A stretch of DNA of 53,519 bases from Acidobacteriota bacterium (lineage in GTDB: Bacteria > Acidobacteriota > Vicinamibacteria > Vicinamibacterales > JACQTH01). The stretch's first letter is position 1, and each line of letters starts with the position of its first letter. Positions 17,314 through 27,337 of this stretch are shown here, piece by piece. The notes under the pieces are model-generated. The model searched no databases, was not told the origin of the DNA, and saw only the letters and a program-made list of their open reading frames with translations. Both the position numbers and the translations under genes were made by a program. The stretch is taken from NCBI GenBank assembly GCA_016178075.1, contig JACOUA010000042.1, positions 1 to 53,519 of the forward strand, read 5' to 3'.

Positions 17314-18327
17314 ATGCCGGTCGTGCCGATCGCGTCGCCTTCGTCCGTTCCCCCTCATCCCTCTGATTCCAGCACGCGAGGCGATGACCGCAGTCTGCTG
17401 GATGCGTACTCGCGCGCGGTCATCGGGGCCGTCGAGCGCGTCAGCCCGGCGGTGGTCAGGGTCAACGTCGTGCGTCAGCGGCGCGGCGGGCGCGCGACGG
17501 CCGGCGGCAGCGGCTCGGGCGTCGTCTTCACGCCGGACGGCTTCATCCTGACCAACAGCCATGTGGTCTCGGGAGCCTCGTCGCTCAACGTCCTGCTCAC
17601 CGACGGACATGAGCTGGCGGCGCGGCTGATCGGGGACGATCCGGACACCGACCTGGCGGTGCTGCGCGCTGAAGCGTCCGGATTGTCGGCAGCCGCGCTC
17701 GGCGATTCGGAGGCTCTTCGACCCGGACAGGTCGTGATCGCCATCGGGTGCCCGTTCGGCTTCGAGTGCACGGTGACCTCCGGTATCGTGAGCGCGCTCG
17801 GGCGCTCGCTGCGATCCAAATCCGGGCGGTTGATGGACGGGATTATCCAGACGGATGCGGCGCTCAATCCCGGCAACTCGGGCGGACCGCTGGTCGACTC
17901 GGCCGGTGCGGTCGTCGGCATCAACACCGCGATCATCCAACCCGCGCAGGGCCTTTGCTTCGCGATCCCGATCAACACCGCGAAGTTCGTCGCGTCGGGG
18001 CTCATCAAGGACGGCCGCATCCGGCGGGGCTTCCTCGGAATCGGCGGCCAGGGCGTCCCACTCCCCCGCGCGGTGGTCCGGTTTCATCGTCTGGCGAGCG
18101 AGCGCGGCATCCTGGTTATCGCGGTAGAATCTGGCAGCCCGGCGGCGCGGGCCGGCCTCCGGGAGGGCGATGTGATCGTGCGATTCGGCGAGCAGCCGGT
18201 TCCAACCGTCGACGCGTTGCAGCGCCAGCTGGCGGAAGGGGTGATCGGCTCCTCGACACGGGTGCTCGTCGTCCGCGCCACGCAGCTCCACACGCTCACG
18301 GTGATCCCGGTCCAATCGAAGAGTTGA
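17314..18327 (+). CDS. HtrA/DegS-like trypsin serine protease with PDZ domain
   Basis: LTNSHV, DLAVL, IQTDAALNPGNSGGPL; GSPAARAGL PDZ. Confidence 0.9.
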   Translation: MPVVPIASPSSVPPHPSDSSTRGDDRSLLDAYSRAVIGAVERVSPAVVRVNVVRQRRGGRATAGGSGSGVVFTPDGFILTNSHVVSGASSLNVLLTDGHELAARLIGDDPDTDLAVLRAEASGLSAAALGDSEALRPGQVVIAIGCPFGFECTVTSGIVSALGRSLRSKSGRLMDGIIQTDAALNPGNSGGPLVDSAGAVVGINTAIIQPAQGLCFAIPINTAKFVASGLIKDGRIRRGFLGIGGQGVPLPRAVVRFHRLASERGILVIAVESGSPAARAGLREGDVIVRFGEQPVPTVDALQRQLAEGVIGSSTRVLVVRATQLHTLTVIPVQSKS

Positions 18328-18394
18328 ACAGGTCCTCAGTCATGATGTCCGGCATCGTGCAGCACTTGTTCCGGACCACGCGCGGACGTAACAC

Positions 18395-19363
18395 ATGAAG
18401 GCGATTCGTGCTCATCAGTTCGGAGACCCGGGCGTTCTGAGCATCGAAGACGTCCCGGATCCGCAGCCGGGTCCCGAGCAAGTCCTGGTGCGGGTGCACG
18501 CGGCCGGCGTGAACCCGGTCGACACCTACATTCGAGCCGGGACGTATGCGAGGAAGCCGCAGCTCCCCTACACGCCCGGGTCTGATGGCGCCGGGGTTGT
18601 CAGCGCTGTCGGGGCCGCGGCGACGAGCGTCAGGCGCGGCGATCGTGTGTACCTGACGGGAACGAGCGGGGGCACCGGTACCTACGCGGAGCTCGCGATC
18701 GCCGACGCGCGACAGGTGCACCTGCTGCCCGATCATCTCTCGTTCGGGCAAGGCGCCGCCGTCGGCGTGCCGTACGGGACCGCCTATCGCGCGCTCTTCC
18801 AGCGCGCCCACGCCGTCCCCGGCGAGACCGTGCTGGTGCACGGCGCGAGCGGCGGGGTCGGTACGGCCGCGATCCAGATCGGACGAGCGTGCGGTCTCCG
18901 GATGATTGGGACGGCGGGCACGGATCGCGGGCTTGCGCTGGTACGCGAGCAGGGCGCCGACCACGTCCTGAACCATCGGGCACCGGATTACCTCGAAGAG
19001 CTCAGGCAGGTGACGGGCGGCCGCGGCGTCGACGTCATCGTCGAGATGCTCGCGAACGTGAACCTGGCGAAGGACCTGACCGTCCTGGCCTTCAACGGCC
19101 GCGTCATTGTCGTCGGCAATCGCGGCACAATCGAGATCAACCCGCGTGACGCGATGTCCCGCGACGCCGCGATTCTGGGGATGACCCTGTTCAACGTGCG
19201 CGACCCCGACCGCGCCAGCATCGATGCGGCCCTGAATGCCGGGTTCCGCGCCGGCACGCTGAAGCCGGTCGTGGGCCGCGAGTTTCCCCTCGCGGACGCG
19301 CCGCGCGCGCACGAAGCCGTCCTCGAGCCCGGAGCCTACGGCAAGATCGTGTTGCTTCCTTAG
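18395..19363 (+). CDS. qor: NADPH:quinone reductase (zeta-crystallin-like MDR)
   Basis: AAGVNPVD, PYTPGSDGAG, VLVHGASGGVG, GKIVL. Confidence 0.88.
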   Translation: MKAIRAHQFGDPGVLSIEDVPDPQPGPEQVLVRVHAAGVNPVDTYIRAGTYARKPQLPYTPGSDGAGVVSAVGAAATSVRRGDRVYLTGTSGGTGTYAELAIADARQVHLLPDHLSFGQGAAVGVPYGTAYRALFQRAHAVPGETVLVHGASGGVGTAAIQIGRACGLRMIGTAGTDRGLALVREQGADHVLNHRAPDYLEELRQVTGGRGVDVIVEMLANVNLAKDLTVLAFNGRVIVVGNRGTIEINPRDAMSRDAAILGMTLFNVRDPDRASIDAALNAGFRAGTLKPVVGREFPLADAPRAHEAVLEPGAYGKIVLLP

Positions 19364-19424
19364 TAGTCCACTTAGGACCCGATCGAGGTCATGGTCGTCG
19401 AGATGAAGCCGAAATCCGCAATTC

Positions 19425-20474
19425 TCAGCGATGCGGCGATGTCTTGTAGTGCTCGGCGAGGAGGTCTCGCCCGAAGTCGCCCTTGAAGTCCCGCCACACC
19501 GCATGGATGTGGTTGGCGTCGTTCTGCGTGTTGTCGTACTCGATGAGGAAGCTCGGCCCCTGGATGCGGTAGTAGTGGCCTTGTCCTTTCTGGACCGGGC
19601 CCATCCACGCGAACTTCACGCGATCGATCCCGGCGCGTCTGATCCGCTGGATGCGATCGAGCGCCAGCTCGCGCGGCTGGGCGTTCGCGTAGGCTTCGAT
19701 CAGGGCAAGGAGCATCGCCTGCTGATCCTTGCCGAGCGAGCCGTACGCGACGCCGGTGTCCGCCTGAATCGCCGCCTGACGTTCGGCCATCGTCGCGATG
19801 TCGTTGGGCGCCTTCTCGGCCACGACGCCCCCGGTCAGCTGCTCGGCTTTGAGCGATTCCACGAGCTTGCGCGCAAGATCTTCTTCCGCCGCCAGCGCGC
19901 GTGTGCCCTTCATCGGTCCAGCCCGGACCTCTGCTGGATTCGCGCCGAAGAACTGCGGGGATGTCGCGATCCCCAGGCCGTCCACGATCGTCCAGTTCTG
20001 GGCAATGTGGTGTCCTTCGTAGCGCCAGCCCCAGACGCCGCTCGGCGACGGCTCGCCGAAGATGGTGACGAAGTACATCTCCGGATCCCGGACGAGGCGT
20101 CCGCCTTTTTCGAGCTCGCGGAGCACGTTCTCGAGCGACCGGATGGTCTCCGTCTTGTTGAAGGCCGGCTCGCTCAAACCCGTCTTCACCAGCTCGAGCG
20201 CCGCCTGACGTTGCGGCGGCGTCATGGCCTTGAGGGAGAGGCCCTTTCGTTCTCTGGGGATGAAGTGCCAGTTGAATCGCTCGTCCGCGTCGAAGGAGAA
20301 CCTCGCCGTCGCGACCTGAGCGGCGTCGAGCGTGGCCAGAAACGCGCGCGCCGCCGACACCATCTTGTCCGCCGGCGTAATGCCACGGGCCTGTTCGGCG
20401 TTGGGCCGAGGCCCAGCGAGGGCCACGAGCCCGAGAAGGGTGACCGCCACCGCGACGTTCAGGACCAGCCGCAC
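19425..20474 (-). CDS. DUF3500 family secreted protein
   Basis: WGWRYEGHH, PQFFGANP, HYYRIQGPSFLIEYDN...NHIHAVWRD...DFG; GGAGG RBS before GTG. Confidence 0.8.
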   Translation of the reverse strand: MRLVLNVAVAVTLLGLVALAGPRPNAEQARGITPADKMVSAARAFLATLDAAQVATARFSFDADERFNWHFIPRERKGLSLKAMTPPQRQAALELVKTGLSEPAFNKTETIRSLENVLRELEKGGRLVRDPEMYFVTIFGEPSPSGVWGWRYEGHHIAQNWTIVDGLGIATSPQFFGANPAEVRAGPMKGTRALAAEEDLARKLVESLKAEQLTGGVVAEKAPNDIATMAERQAAIQADTGVAYGSLGKDQQAMLLALIEAYANAQPRELALDRIQRIRRAGIDRVKFAWMGPVQKGQGHYYRIQGPSFLIEYDNTQNDANHIHAVWRDFKGDFGRDLLAEHYKTSPHR

Positions 20475-20496
20475 CGCGCACCTCCATCATTTGATC

Positions 20497-20626
20497 CGCG
20501 TGGGGCCCCACCCCCACGCGCCGCCGTCGCTGACGCTCCGGATCTTGGTTGCTGCATTCTTCCGCTTCGTACGACGTCAGCGGGCGCCACGCCGCCCGCC
20601 AGCCGTCGCTTCCGCTCCGGATCTTG
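20497..20626. repeat. Intergenic palindrome plus 25-bp direct repeat
   Basis: CGCGTGGGG/CCCCACGCG hairpin; GCCGTCGCTnnCGCTCCGGATCTTG at 20523 and 20602. Confidence 0.6.
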
Positions 20627-20677
20627 CTGGCATCGCCGTTGCCGCCCGCGGAGCGAGAAGTCGGAACAATTCTACCC

Positions 20678-21247
20678 TTAGGTGAACCGGCAATCGAGCG
20701 CCAGGCTCTCGGCGAGCAGGCCGAGATACTGGCGCCTCGGGATCTCAATCGCACCGAATTGCGCCAGGTGGGGCGTCAGCCACTGCGTGTCGAGCAGACG
20801 ATAGCCGCGCGTCCTGAGGCGCTCGACGAGCGCCACGAGGGCCACTTTCGACGCATCGGTCACGCGGTGGAACATCGATTCCCCGAAGAACGCCCCACCA
20901 AGCGAGACCCCGTAGAGTCCGCCGCCGAGCCGATCGCCCTGCCAGGCTTCCATCGAATGCGCGAAGCCGAGCCGGTGGAGCTCGACGTACACCTCCAGGA
21001 TATCCCCGCTGATCCAGGTGTCCGGATGCTTGGCGCACGCTCGAATCACGGCGTCGAACGACGAATTGATTCGCACCTCGAACGTGCCGCCCCGAATCAC
21101 GCGGCCGAGCCGCCGCGGCAGATGGAAGCGCTCGAGGGGAATGACCCCACGGGGATCGGGCGAGAACCAGCCGATGCGGCCCTCCTCCACGGCCATGGGA
21201 AACAAGCCGCTTCGGTACGCGTAGAGAACCTGGGTGGCTGAGAGCAT
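20678..21247 (-). CDS. aat: Leucyl/phenylalanyl-tRNA--protein transferase
   Basis: AYRSGLFPM, WFSPDPRG, GGLYGV..GGAFFGESMF, ASKVAL, LLDTQ..TPHL. Confidence 0.93.
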   Translation of the reverse strand: MLSATQVLYAYRSGLFPMAVEEGRIGWFSPDPRGVIPLERFHLPRRLGRVIRGGTFEVRINSSFDAVIRACAKHPDTWISGDILEVYVELHRLGFAHSMEAWQGDRLGGGLYGVSLGGAFFGESMFHRVTDASKVALVALVERLRTRGYRLLDTQWLTPHLAQFGAIEIPRRQYLGLLAESLALDCRFT

Positions 21248-21590
21248 GAGGAATCGGGAAGCCGTGACCCCTCCGTGCATGATTCTGCACGAAGAATTCC
21301 GCTCGCGTGTGTCCGATCATGAGGTCGGGCGATCCAATCAAAGGTGGGCGGCGTGGCACCCCGGTGGCGCCCATCGCGAGCAGAAGCCGTCCGCGCGGGT
21401 CTATCACGTTGCCCGCCGAATTCGCGCCGATCTAGTAACGCATCGCTGCCACGAGGTCAAGTAACCCGTAGGAGCACAGCAAGTCCCTGGGATACGCTGG
21501 CAAGTTTGGTGAGAACCGAGAGCTAAGAGCTGATAGCCTCCCACCGAAGGCCAGACGCGTCGTCGATCTGAGGAACTGAGACATGCCAAG

Positions 21591-21674
21591 GAGCTCGGGG
21601 TTTTGGGCACGAGCAGAAACTGGTCGACGGTGACCAAGATCGTGGAGTTCGCACGCGCAAAGCCCGCTGGGTAG
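21591..21674 (+). pseudogene. C-terminal remnant resembling DUF1697
   Basis: Manual translation ELGVLGTSRNWSTVTKIVEF...stop; in-frame upstream stop at 21534 and no start codon. Confidence 0.55.
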
Positions 21675-21692
21675 CGGTGTGCTGGAGGTTGG

Positions 21693-22688
21693 ATGAACAT
21701 GCCGGACTTTTCCCGCAGCATCGGACGGGTCGTCATCGCGCTCTCGCTGGTCGGAGCCATCTCACGAGGCGCGGCTGGACGTGAGCAGCCCGCGTCCATG
21801 ACACGTGATCAGGTGACGCGCTGGATGAAGGAGCTGTCGAACTGGGGACGCTGGGGCAAGGACGACCAGCTCGGCACGCTCAATCTGGTGACACCCGAGA
21901 AGCGGCGCCAGGCGCTGCGGCTGGTGCGCGACGGCGTGTCGGTCTCGCTCGCGCATACGCTCGAGAAAGAAAAGCTTCCCGACAACCCTCGCCCGCTCGA
22001 ACAGCAGATGACGCTGGACGCCGGCGGACACGCGCTGGACCTGCTGACGATCTGGTATCACGGCTCGACCATCACTCATCTGGACGCGCTGTGCCACTAC
22101 TCGTTCGAAGGCGTGCTGTACAACGGTCTCTCGAAGCAGCGGATCACTGAATCGGGCTGCGGTGTGCTCGGCATCGAGCGCATGAAGAACGGATGGATCA
22201 TGCGCGGCGTGCTCGTGGACATCCCGCGTCTGAAAGGCCTCCCGTTTCTCGAACCCGGCACGCCTGTGTATCCGTCGGACCTCGAAGCGTGGGAGAAATA
22301 CGCCGGGATCAAGATCGGCAGTGGCGACGCGGTCTTCCTTCGCACCGGCCGCTGGGCGCGGCGCGCGGCCCAGGGTCCGTGGAACATCGGCGCGAATGCC
22401 GCCGGCTATCACGCATCCGTGATGCCGTGGTTGAGACAGCGTGACGTCGCGCTGTTGGGCAACGACGGCGTCCAGGACGTCCAGCCGTCCGGGGTCGAGG
22501 GGGTGACGAGACCGGTCCATCAACTTGCCATCGTCGCGCTCGGGCTCCCGCTCATCGACGTGATGGCCCTCGAAGCCGCGGCCGACGAGGCCGCCCGTCG
22601 TCACCGGTGGGAGTTCCTCGTGACGATGGCCCCGGTGCCAGTCCCGGGGGGCACCGGTTTCCCGATCAATCCTGTGGCGACGTTTTGA
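21693..22688 (+). CDS. Cyclase (kynurenine formamidase-like) family metallohydrolase, secreted
   Basis: NWGRWGxDDQLGTLN, THLDALCH, RGVLVD, GDAVFLRTG, PINP. Confidence 0.88.
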   Translation: MNMPDFSRSIGRVVIALSLVGAISRGAAGREQPASMTRDQVTRWMKELSNWGRWGKDDQLGTLNLVTPEKRRQALRLVRDGVSVSLAHTLEKEKLPDNPRPLEQQMTLDAGGHALDLLTIWYHGSTITHLDALCHYSFEGVLYNGLSKQRITESGCGVLGIERMKNGWIMRGVLVDIPRLKGLPFLEPGTPVYPSDLEAWEKYAGIKIGSGDAVFLRTGRWARRAAQGPWNIGANAAGYHASVMPWLRQRDVALLGNDGVQDVQPSGVEGVTRPVHQLAIVALGLPLIDVMALEAAADEAARRHRWEFLVTMAPVPVPGGTGFPINPVATF

Positions 22689-22716
22689 GCTGAAGCGGTG
22701 TCCTTAGGACCCGTCC

Positions 22717-23946
22717 TTAGGTCTTCCTCGGGTACCGTGTCTCGACGTAGTCGTCGATCAGTTTCTGGAATGCGGCGGCCAGCTCGTCGTACGTGCCGCG
22801 AAGGGTCGTGACGTGCTGGCCGTCGATGTAGATGGGACAGTTGGGCGCCTCTCCCGTGCCGGGGAGGCTGATGCCGATATTCGCCGCCTTTGATTCCCCC
22901 GGGCCGTTCACGACGCAGCCCATGACCGCGAGCGTCATCTCTTCGACGCCGGCATAAGCGGCCTTCCACCCCGGCATCCGATCCCGGATGTACTCCTGGA
23001 TGCGTTCGGCGAGCTCCTGAAACGTCGTGCTGGTCGTGCGCCCGCAGCCGGGGCAGGCCGTCACGCTCGGAGAAAACGATCGCAGCCCAAGCGCCTGCAG
23101 CAGCTCGCACGCCGCGTAGACTTCCTCGCGGCGATCTCCGCCGGGACGAGGCGTGAGCGACACCCGGATCGTGTCGCCGATCCCCTCCTGGAGCAGCACG
23201 CCCATCGCAGCGGCCGACCACACCAGGCCCTTCGTCCCCATCCCGGCCTCGGTCAGCCCGAGATGCAGCGGCTGGTCGGTCTTCGCCGCGAGATCGCGGT
23301 AGATGGCCATGAGATCGCGCGGCTTCGAGACCTTGCAGGAGATGATGATCTGATCGCGCCCGAGGCCCGACTCCAGCGCGAGGTCGGTCGACTGCAGGCC
23401 CGACAGCACCATGCACTCGTTGATGATCTCGGACGAGCTCCGGCCCAGATGGCGATCGGTGTTCTCCTGCATCTTGGCCGTGACGAGCTCCTGATTGAGC
23501 GAGCCGCCGTTGACGCCGATCCGAACCGGCTTGCCGCGATCGCGCGCGACCTTGCAGATCGTCGCGAACTGCTCGTCGCGCCGGCGGCCGGTGCCGACGT
23601 TGCCGGGGTTGATCCGGTACTTGTCGAGCGCCTCGGCACAAGCCGGGTACTTCGTGAGGAGCAGGTGTCCGTTGTAGTGGAAATCTCCGATGAGCGGGGC
23701 GTCGCAGCCGGCGTCGACGAGCCTGCGCTTGATGTCGGGCACCGCCGCGGCCGCTTCGGGGACGTTCACCGTCACTCGCACCATCTCGGAGCCTGCCTCG
23801 GCGAGCTCGAGGCACTGCGTCACCGTCGCCTGGACGTCAGCCGTATCGGTGTTCGCCATCGACTGGACGACGATCGGCGCGCCGGCGCCGACCTGCAGGC
23901 GCCCGACCTTGACGGCGATCGTCTTGCGAAGCTTGACCGTCAGCAT
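22717..23946 (-). CDS. ispG: (E)-4-hydroxy-3-methylbut-2-enyl-diphosphate synthase
   Basis: [43 protein letters not shown]. Confidence 0.97.
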   Translation of the reverse strand: MLTVKLRKTIAVKVGRLQVGAGAPIVVQSMANTDTADVQATVTQCLELAEAGSEMVRVTVNVPEAAAAVPDIKRRLVDAGCDAPLIGDFHYNGHLLLTKYPACAEALDKYRINPGNVGTGRRRDEQFATICKVARDRGKPVRIGVNGGSLNQELVTAKMQENTDRHLGRSSSEIINECMVLSGLQSTDLALESGLGRDQIIISCKVSKPRDLMAIYRDLAAKTDQPLHLGLTEAGMGTKGLVWSAAAMGVLLQEGIGDTIRVSLTPRPGGDRREEVYAACELLQALGLRSFSPSVTACPGCGRTTSTTFQELAERIQEYIRDRMPGWKAAYAGVEEMTLAVMGCVVNGPGESKAANIGISLPGTGEAPNCPIYIDGQHVTTLRGTYDELAAAFQKLIDDYVETRYPRKT

Positions 23947-24008
23947 TCGTTGCGGAAGACCTTCTGATCATATCATTACGAGAAGTGATGACCGACGACA
24001 CCGACAGC

Positions 24009-24099
24009 AGTCAGAAGTCGGAAGTCTGAAGTCAGAAGTCAAGAGTCAAAAGCCTAAAGTCTCGATTTCTGACTTCTCACTTCTGACTTCCAACTTCTG
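24009..24099. repeat. Heptamer tandem inverted-repeat element (8 AGTCnnn-type units / 5 ACTTCnn-type units)
   Basis: Units read directly: agtcaga agtcgga agtctga agtcaga agtcaag agtcaaa ... acttctc acttctg acttcca acttctg. Confidence 0.85.
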
Positions 24100-24110
24100 C
24101 CTGATCACCA

Positions 24111-25205
24111 ATGTCCGAATCCTGGGACCACCACTATCGCGACGAGCAGGACGCCGCGTACCTGTACGACGCGCTCGCTGCGATCGAGCCGGACGCGGAT
24201 CGCCGACAACTGTTCTCCAAGCTCGCGACGGTCGAGCGCAAGCACGTCGACCGCTGGGTCGAGCTGTACGAGGAACACAGTCGTCCGCTTCCGACGCACT
24301 CGCCGTCGCTCAGGACCCGTGGCCTCGTCTGGATTGCGCGCCGTTTTGGCGCCAACGCCATCCTGCCGCTCATCGTCGCGGAAGAAGGACGCGAGGTCGA
24401 GAGCTACCTGCGGATCGCGCGGCGGGCCGATCAGAAGCGCACGCAGGAAACCGCCATGGGCATCGCGGCCGACTCGGCCGTGCACGCCCAGGAGCTCTCG
24501 GCCCTGCTGGGCCGTGAGGGCGAGCCATGGCATACGCCGGGCGCCGGCGGCTATCTGCGCAGCGTCGTGTACGGGTTCAATGACGGATTGACCGCCAACT
24601 TCGGCCTCGTGGCCGGCGTCATCGGCGCGAACGTGCCGCCGCACATCGTGATCATCACCGGCATCGCCGGCGCCATTGCCGACGCGCTGTCCATGGGCTC
24701 GAGCGGGTATCTCGCGGCCAAGAGCCAGTCCGAAGTGCAGGCCCACCAGATCGACATGGAGAGGCACGAGATCAGGATGATGCCGGAGATCGAGGAGGAG
24801 GAACTGGCGCTGATCTATGAGGCCCGGGGCATGCCGGCGGATCGGGCCCGGGAGCTTGCCGGGCAGGTGATGAAGGACCCGTCGCAGGCGCTCGCAGCGA
24901 AGGTGCGCGAGGAGCTCAACATCACGGCCGCCGATATCTCGCCGCTGGCGGACGGTCTGGTCACCGGGATCGCCACCGCCGTCGGCGCCTTCATTCCGAT
25001 CCTCCCATTCGTGCTCCTCGCTCGAGGTTCCGCGTCCTGGACGTCGCTCACGATCAGCATGCTCGCGCACTTCGCGATCGGCGCCGCCCGCAGCCTCTTC
25101 ACCGGCCGCAGCGTCTGGGCCAGCGGCCGCGACATGTTTGTCGTCGGGTTCGGCGTCGCCGCGGTGGGGTACGCGATCGGCGAGCTGATTGTGCGATTTT
25201 TCTAA
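24111..25205 (+). CDS. VIT1/CCC1 iron/manganese transporter with N-terminal rubrerythrin-like domain
   Basis: E..AA.LY...E..H ferritin-like N-terminus; VYGFNDGL, ALSMG..GYL, EELALIY. Confidence 0.9.
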   Translation: MSESWDHHYRDEQDAAYLYDALAAIEPDADRRQLFSKLATVERKHVDRWVELYEEHSRPLPTHSPSLRTRGLVWIARRFGANAILPLIVAEEGREVESYLRIARRADQKRTQETAMGIAADSAVHAQELSALLGREGEPWHTPGAGGYLRSVVYGFNDGLTANFGLVAGVIGANVPPHIVIITGIAGAIADALSMGSSGYLAAKSQSEVQAHQIDMERHEIRMMPEIEEEELALIYEARGMPADRARELAGQVMKDPSQALAAKVREELNITAADISPLADGLVTGIATAVGAFIPILPFVLLARGSASWTSLTISMLAHFAIGAARSLFTGRSVWASGRDMFVVGFGVAAVGYAIGELIVRFF

Positions 25206-25242
25206 GCTCCTTCCCCAGGATTCGTGTCTTCGTGGGTCCCTG

Positions 25243-26767
25243 TCACCTTCGTGTCATCGTGATCCCGACCGCCGCGCCGTCGGCCGATCGCCGGTCACAG
25301 CCCCCCTCCAGCATGTCGTTCTGTTTGTTGTAGACGATGACCTCGGCGGTGCCCTGGCTGCCTCCCGCTTGCAGCGTGTGCCCTTTGGCGGTCAGGAGTG
25401 CGACCGTGTCGGGCGAGAACCCGTTGCGCTCGTGCTGGATGCGATCCGGGAGCCACTGGTGATGGAACCGCGGTGCGTCGACGGCTTCCTGCGCGTTCAT
25501 GCCGAAATCGATCACGTTGACGATCGTTTCGAGCACGGTGTTGATGATCGTGCGGCCGCCGGGGCTCCCCGTCACCATGAAAAGCTCGCCATCCTTGGCG
25601 ATGATGGTCGGCGTCATGCTGGACAGCATGCGTTTGTGCGGCGCCGCCAGATTCGGCTCGGTGCCGATGAGCCCCTCGGCGGTCGTCAGGCCCGGACCGG
25701 CGTTGAAATCCCCCATCTCGTTGTTCAGCAGGAACCCGCCGCCGGCGACCCAGCCGACCGATCGGCATGTTGGCATTGAAATCCGGATCGCCGAGATATT
25801 GGGCGCGATCGGCATAGGCGCGCCGCATCGCTTCGGTCATCAGGTGGATGTTCGCCGCCGATCCGGCTCCGTTCGCCGCGAGGTCGTAGCCTTCCAGAAT
25901 GTTCAGCATCTCGATCAGCCCGACGCCGCCGGAGCTGATCGGCGGCATCGAGATGATGTCGTAGCCGCGATAGGTTCCACGGACGGGCGTCCGGATCTTC
26001 GCTTTGTACGCTTTCAGGTCCTCGCGCGTGATCAATCCACCGTTGGCCGCCATGTCTTTCTCGATGAGCAGGGCGGTCTCGCCTTCGTAGAAGCCCGCCG
26101 GCCCGAGCTCCGAGATTCGCTGGAGCGTGCGCCCCAGATCCGGCTGCTTGAGCATCTCGCCCGCCTCGTACGGCACGCCGGCCTTCGAGAACTGCGCGAC
26201 GGCCGCTGGCGATTTCCTCATCTGCGGCAGGATCCCCCTCAGTGAGCCGGCCAGCCCTTCGGTCACCTCGAATCCATCTCGCGCGAGCGCGATCGCGGGA
26301 TCGACCAGCCGTTTCCACGGCAGCTTGCCGTGCTCCTTCCATGCGAGGTGCAGGCCCGCCACGGTGCCGGGCACGCCAACCGACAGGTAGCTGTTGTGGT
26401 GCACGTTGGAATCGTACTTCCCGTCCTTGAGGAACATGGTCGGGGTCGACGTCGCCGGGGCGATCTCCCGGAAATCAATGGCGACCGGGTCGCCGGTGCG
26501 AGGACGGTAGACCATGAAGCCGCCGCCGCCGATATTGCCGGCGGTCGGATGCGTGACGGCCAGCGCGAACGCGGTCGCCACCGCCGCGTCGACGGCGTTC
26601 CCGCCGTCGCGGAGCACCGCCGCTCCCACGCGCGAAGCCACTTCGTTGACCGAGACGACCATGCCGCCCCGCGCGCGAACAGGGGTCGATGCCGCCTGGA
26701 GGATGGTGAGCGAGAAGACGGCGACGACAAACAGCGCGCCAGCAGCCCTGCTCGATCGGAGCGTCAT
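25243..26767 (-). pseudogene. ggt: Gamma-glutamyltransferase with internal deletion and frameshift at ~25751
   Basis: Large subunit (GGNAVDAAVA, GNIGGGGF, DFRE, PPISSGG, AYADR) ends at MPIGRL; small subunit resumes in another frame at VAGGGFLLNNEM...LSSMTP; TTH nucleophile segment absent. Confidence 0.85.
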
Positions 26768-26863
26768 GAGGAGTCTCCCTTCACTGAGGTCGCGCTGATT
26801 GTAGAGGTCATGCCGGGTCCCCGCCAATACCTGCCCGGTGCCGGCCCGCTGATATGATTGCCC

Positions 26864-27226
26864 ATGCCGATCATCACCGTCGAAGGCTTCAGCCCTGCAG
26901 AGGTGCCCGCCGACAGGCGCCTGGTCCTGGCGATTGAAGAGGATGTCGTAGTGGACATCCTGCACGCCTGCGGCGGCAACGCGCGGTGCACGACCTGCCG
27001 GGTGGAGTTCCTCGCCGGCGAGCCCGAGACGATGACCGTGGCGGAGAAGGAGCGGCTGGCGCAGCGCGGTCTCTCGGGTGTTCGACTCTCGTGCCAGATC
27101 CTCTGCGACCACGACATGACGGTCAGGGCGATCAGCCGGTTGGGCGGCAGCGGACGACCCGATTCTGGCCCGAAGCCGGCGACGACCATCACGCCGCCGG
27201 CGGTGTGGACGAGGAAGGACGCTTGA
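26864..27226 (+). CDS. 2Fe-2S ferredoxin
   Basis: HACGGNARCTTC...RLSCQ. Confidence 0.92.
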   Translation: MPIITVEGFSPAEVPADRRLVLAIEEDVVVDILHACGGNARCTTCRVEFLAGEPETMTVAEKERLAQRGLSGVRLSCQILCDHDMTVRAISRLGGSGRPDSGPKPATTITPPAVWTRKDA

Positions 27227-27337
27227 TAGTGGCCAGTGATCAGTGCCCGGTGGCCAGTGTGCATCGGCTGCGCGTGGCACTTCTTTTTCTTGCGTCGCTC
27301 CTGGCCACTGACCACTGGCCACTGGCCACTAGCCACT
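27227..27337. repeat. Heptamer inverted-repeat element (CAGTGGC / GGCCACT); right arm lies inside the next CDS
   Basis: tagtggc cagtgat cagtgcc cggtggc ... ggccact gaccact ggccact ggccact agccact. Confidence 0.85.

Noticed and set aside
21340-21407. DPRGRLLLAMGATGVP as a TlpA/thioredoxin remnant
   Set aside because: Short weak resemblance and no CxxC
25243-26767. Programmed frameshift or naturally two-gene GGT
   Set aside because: No slippery site, no start for the small subunit, and the catalytic Thr segment is missing altogether
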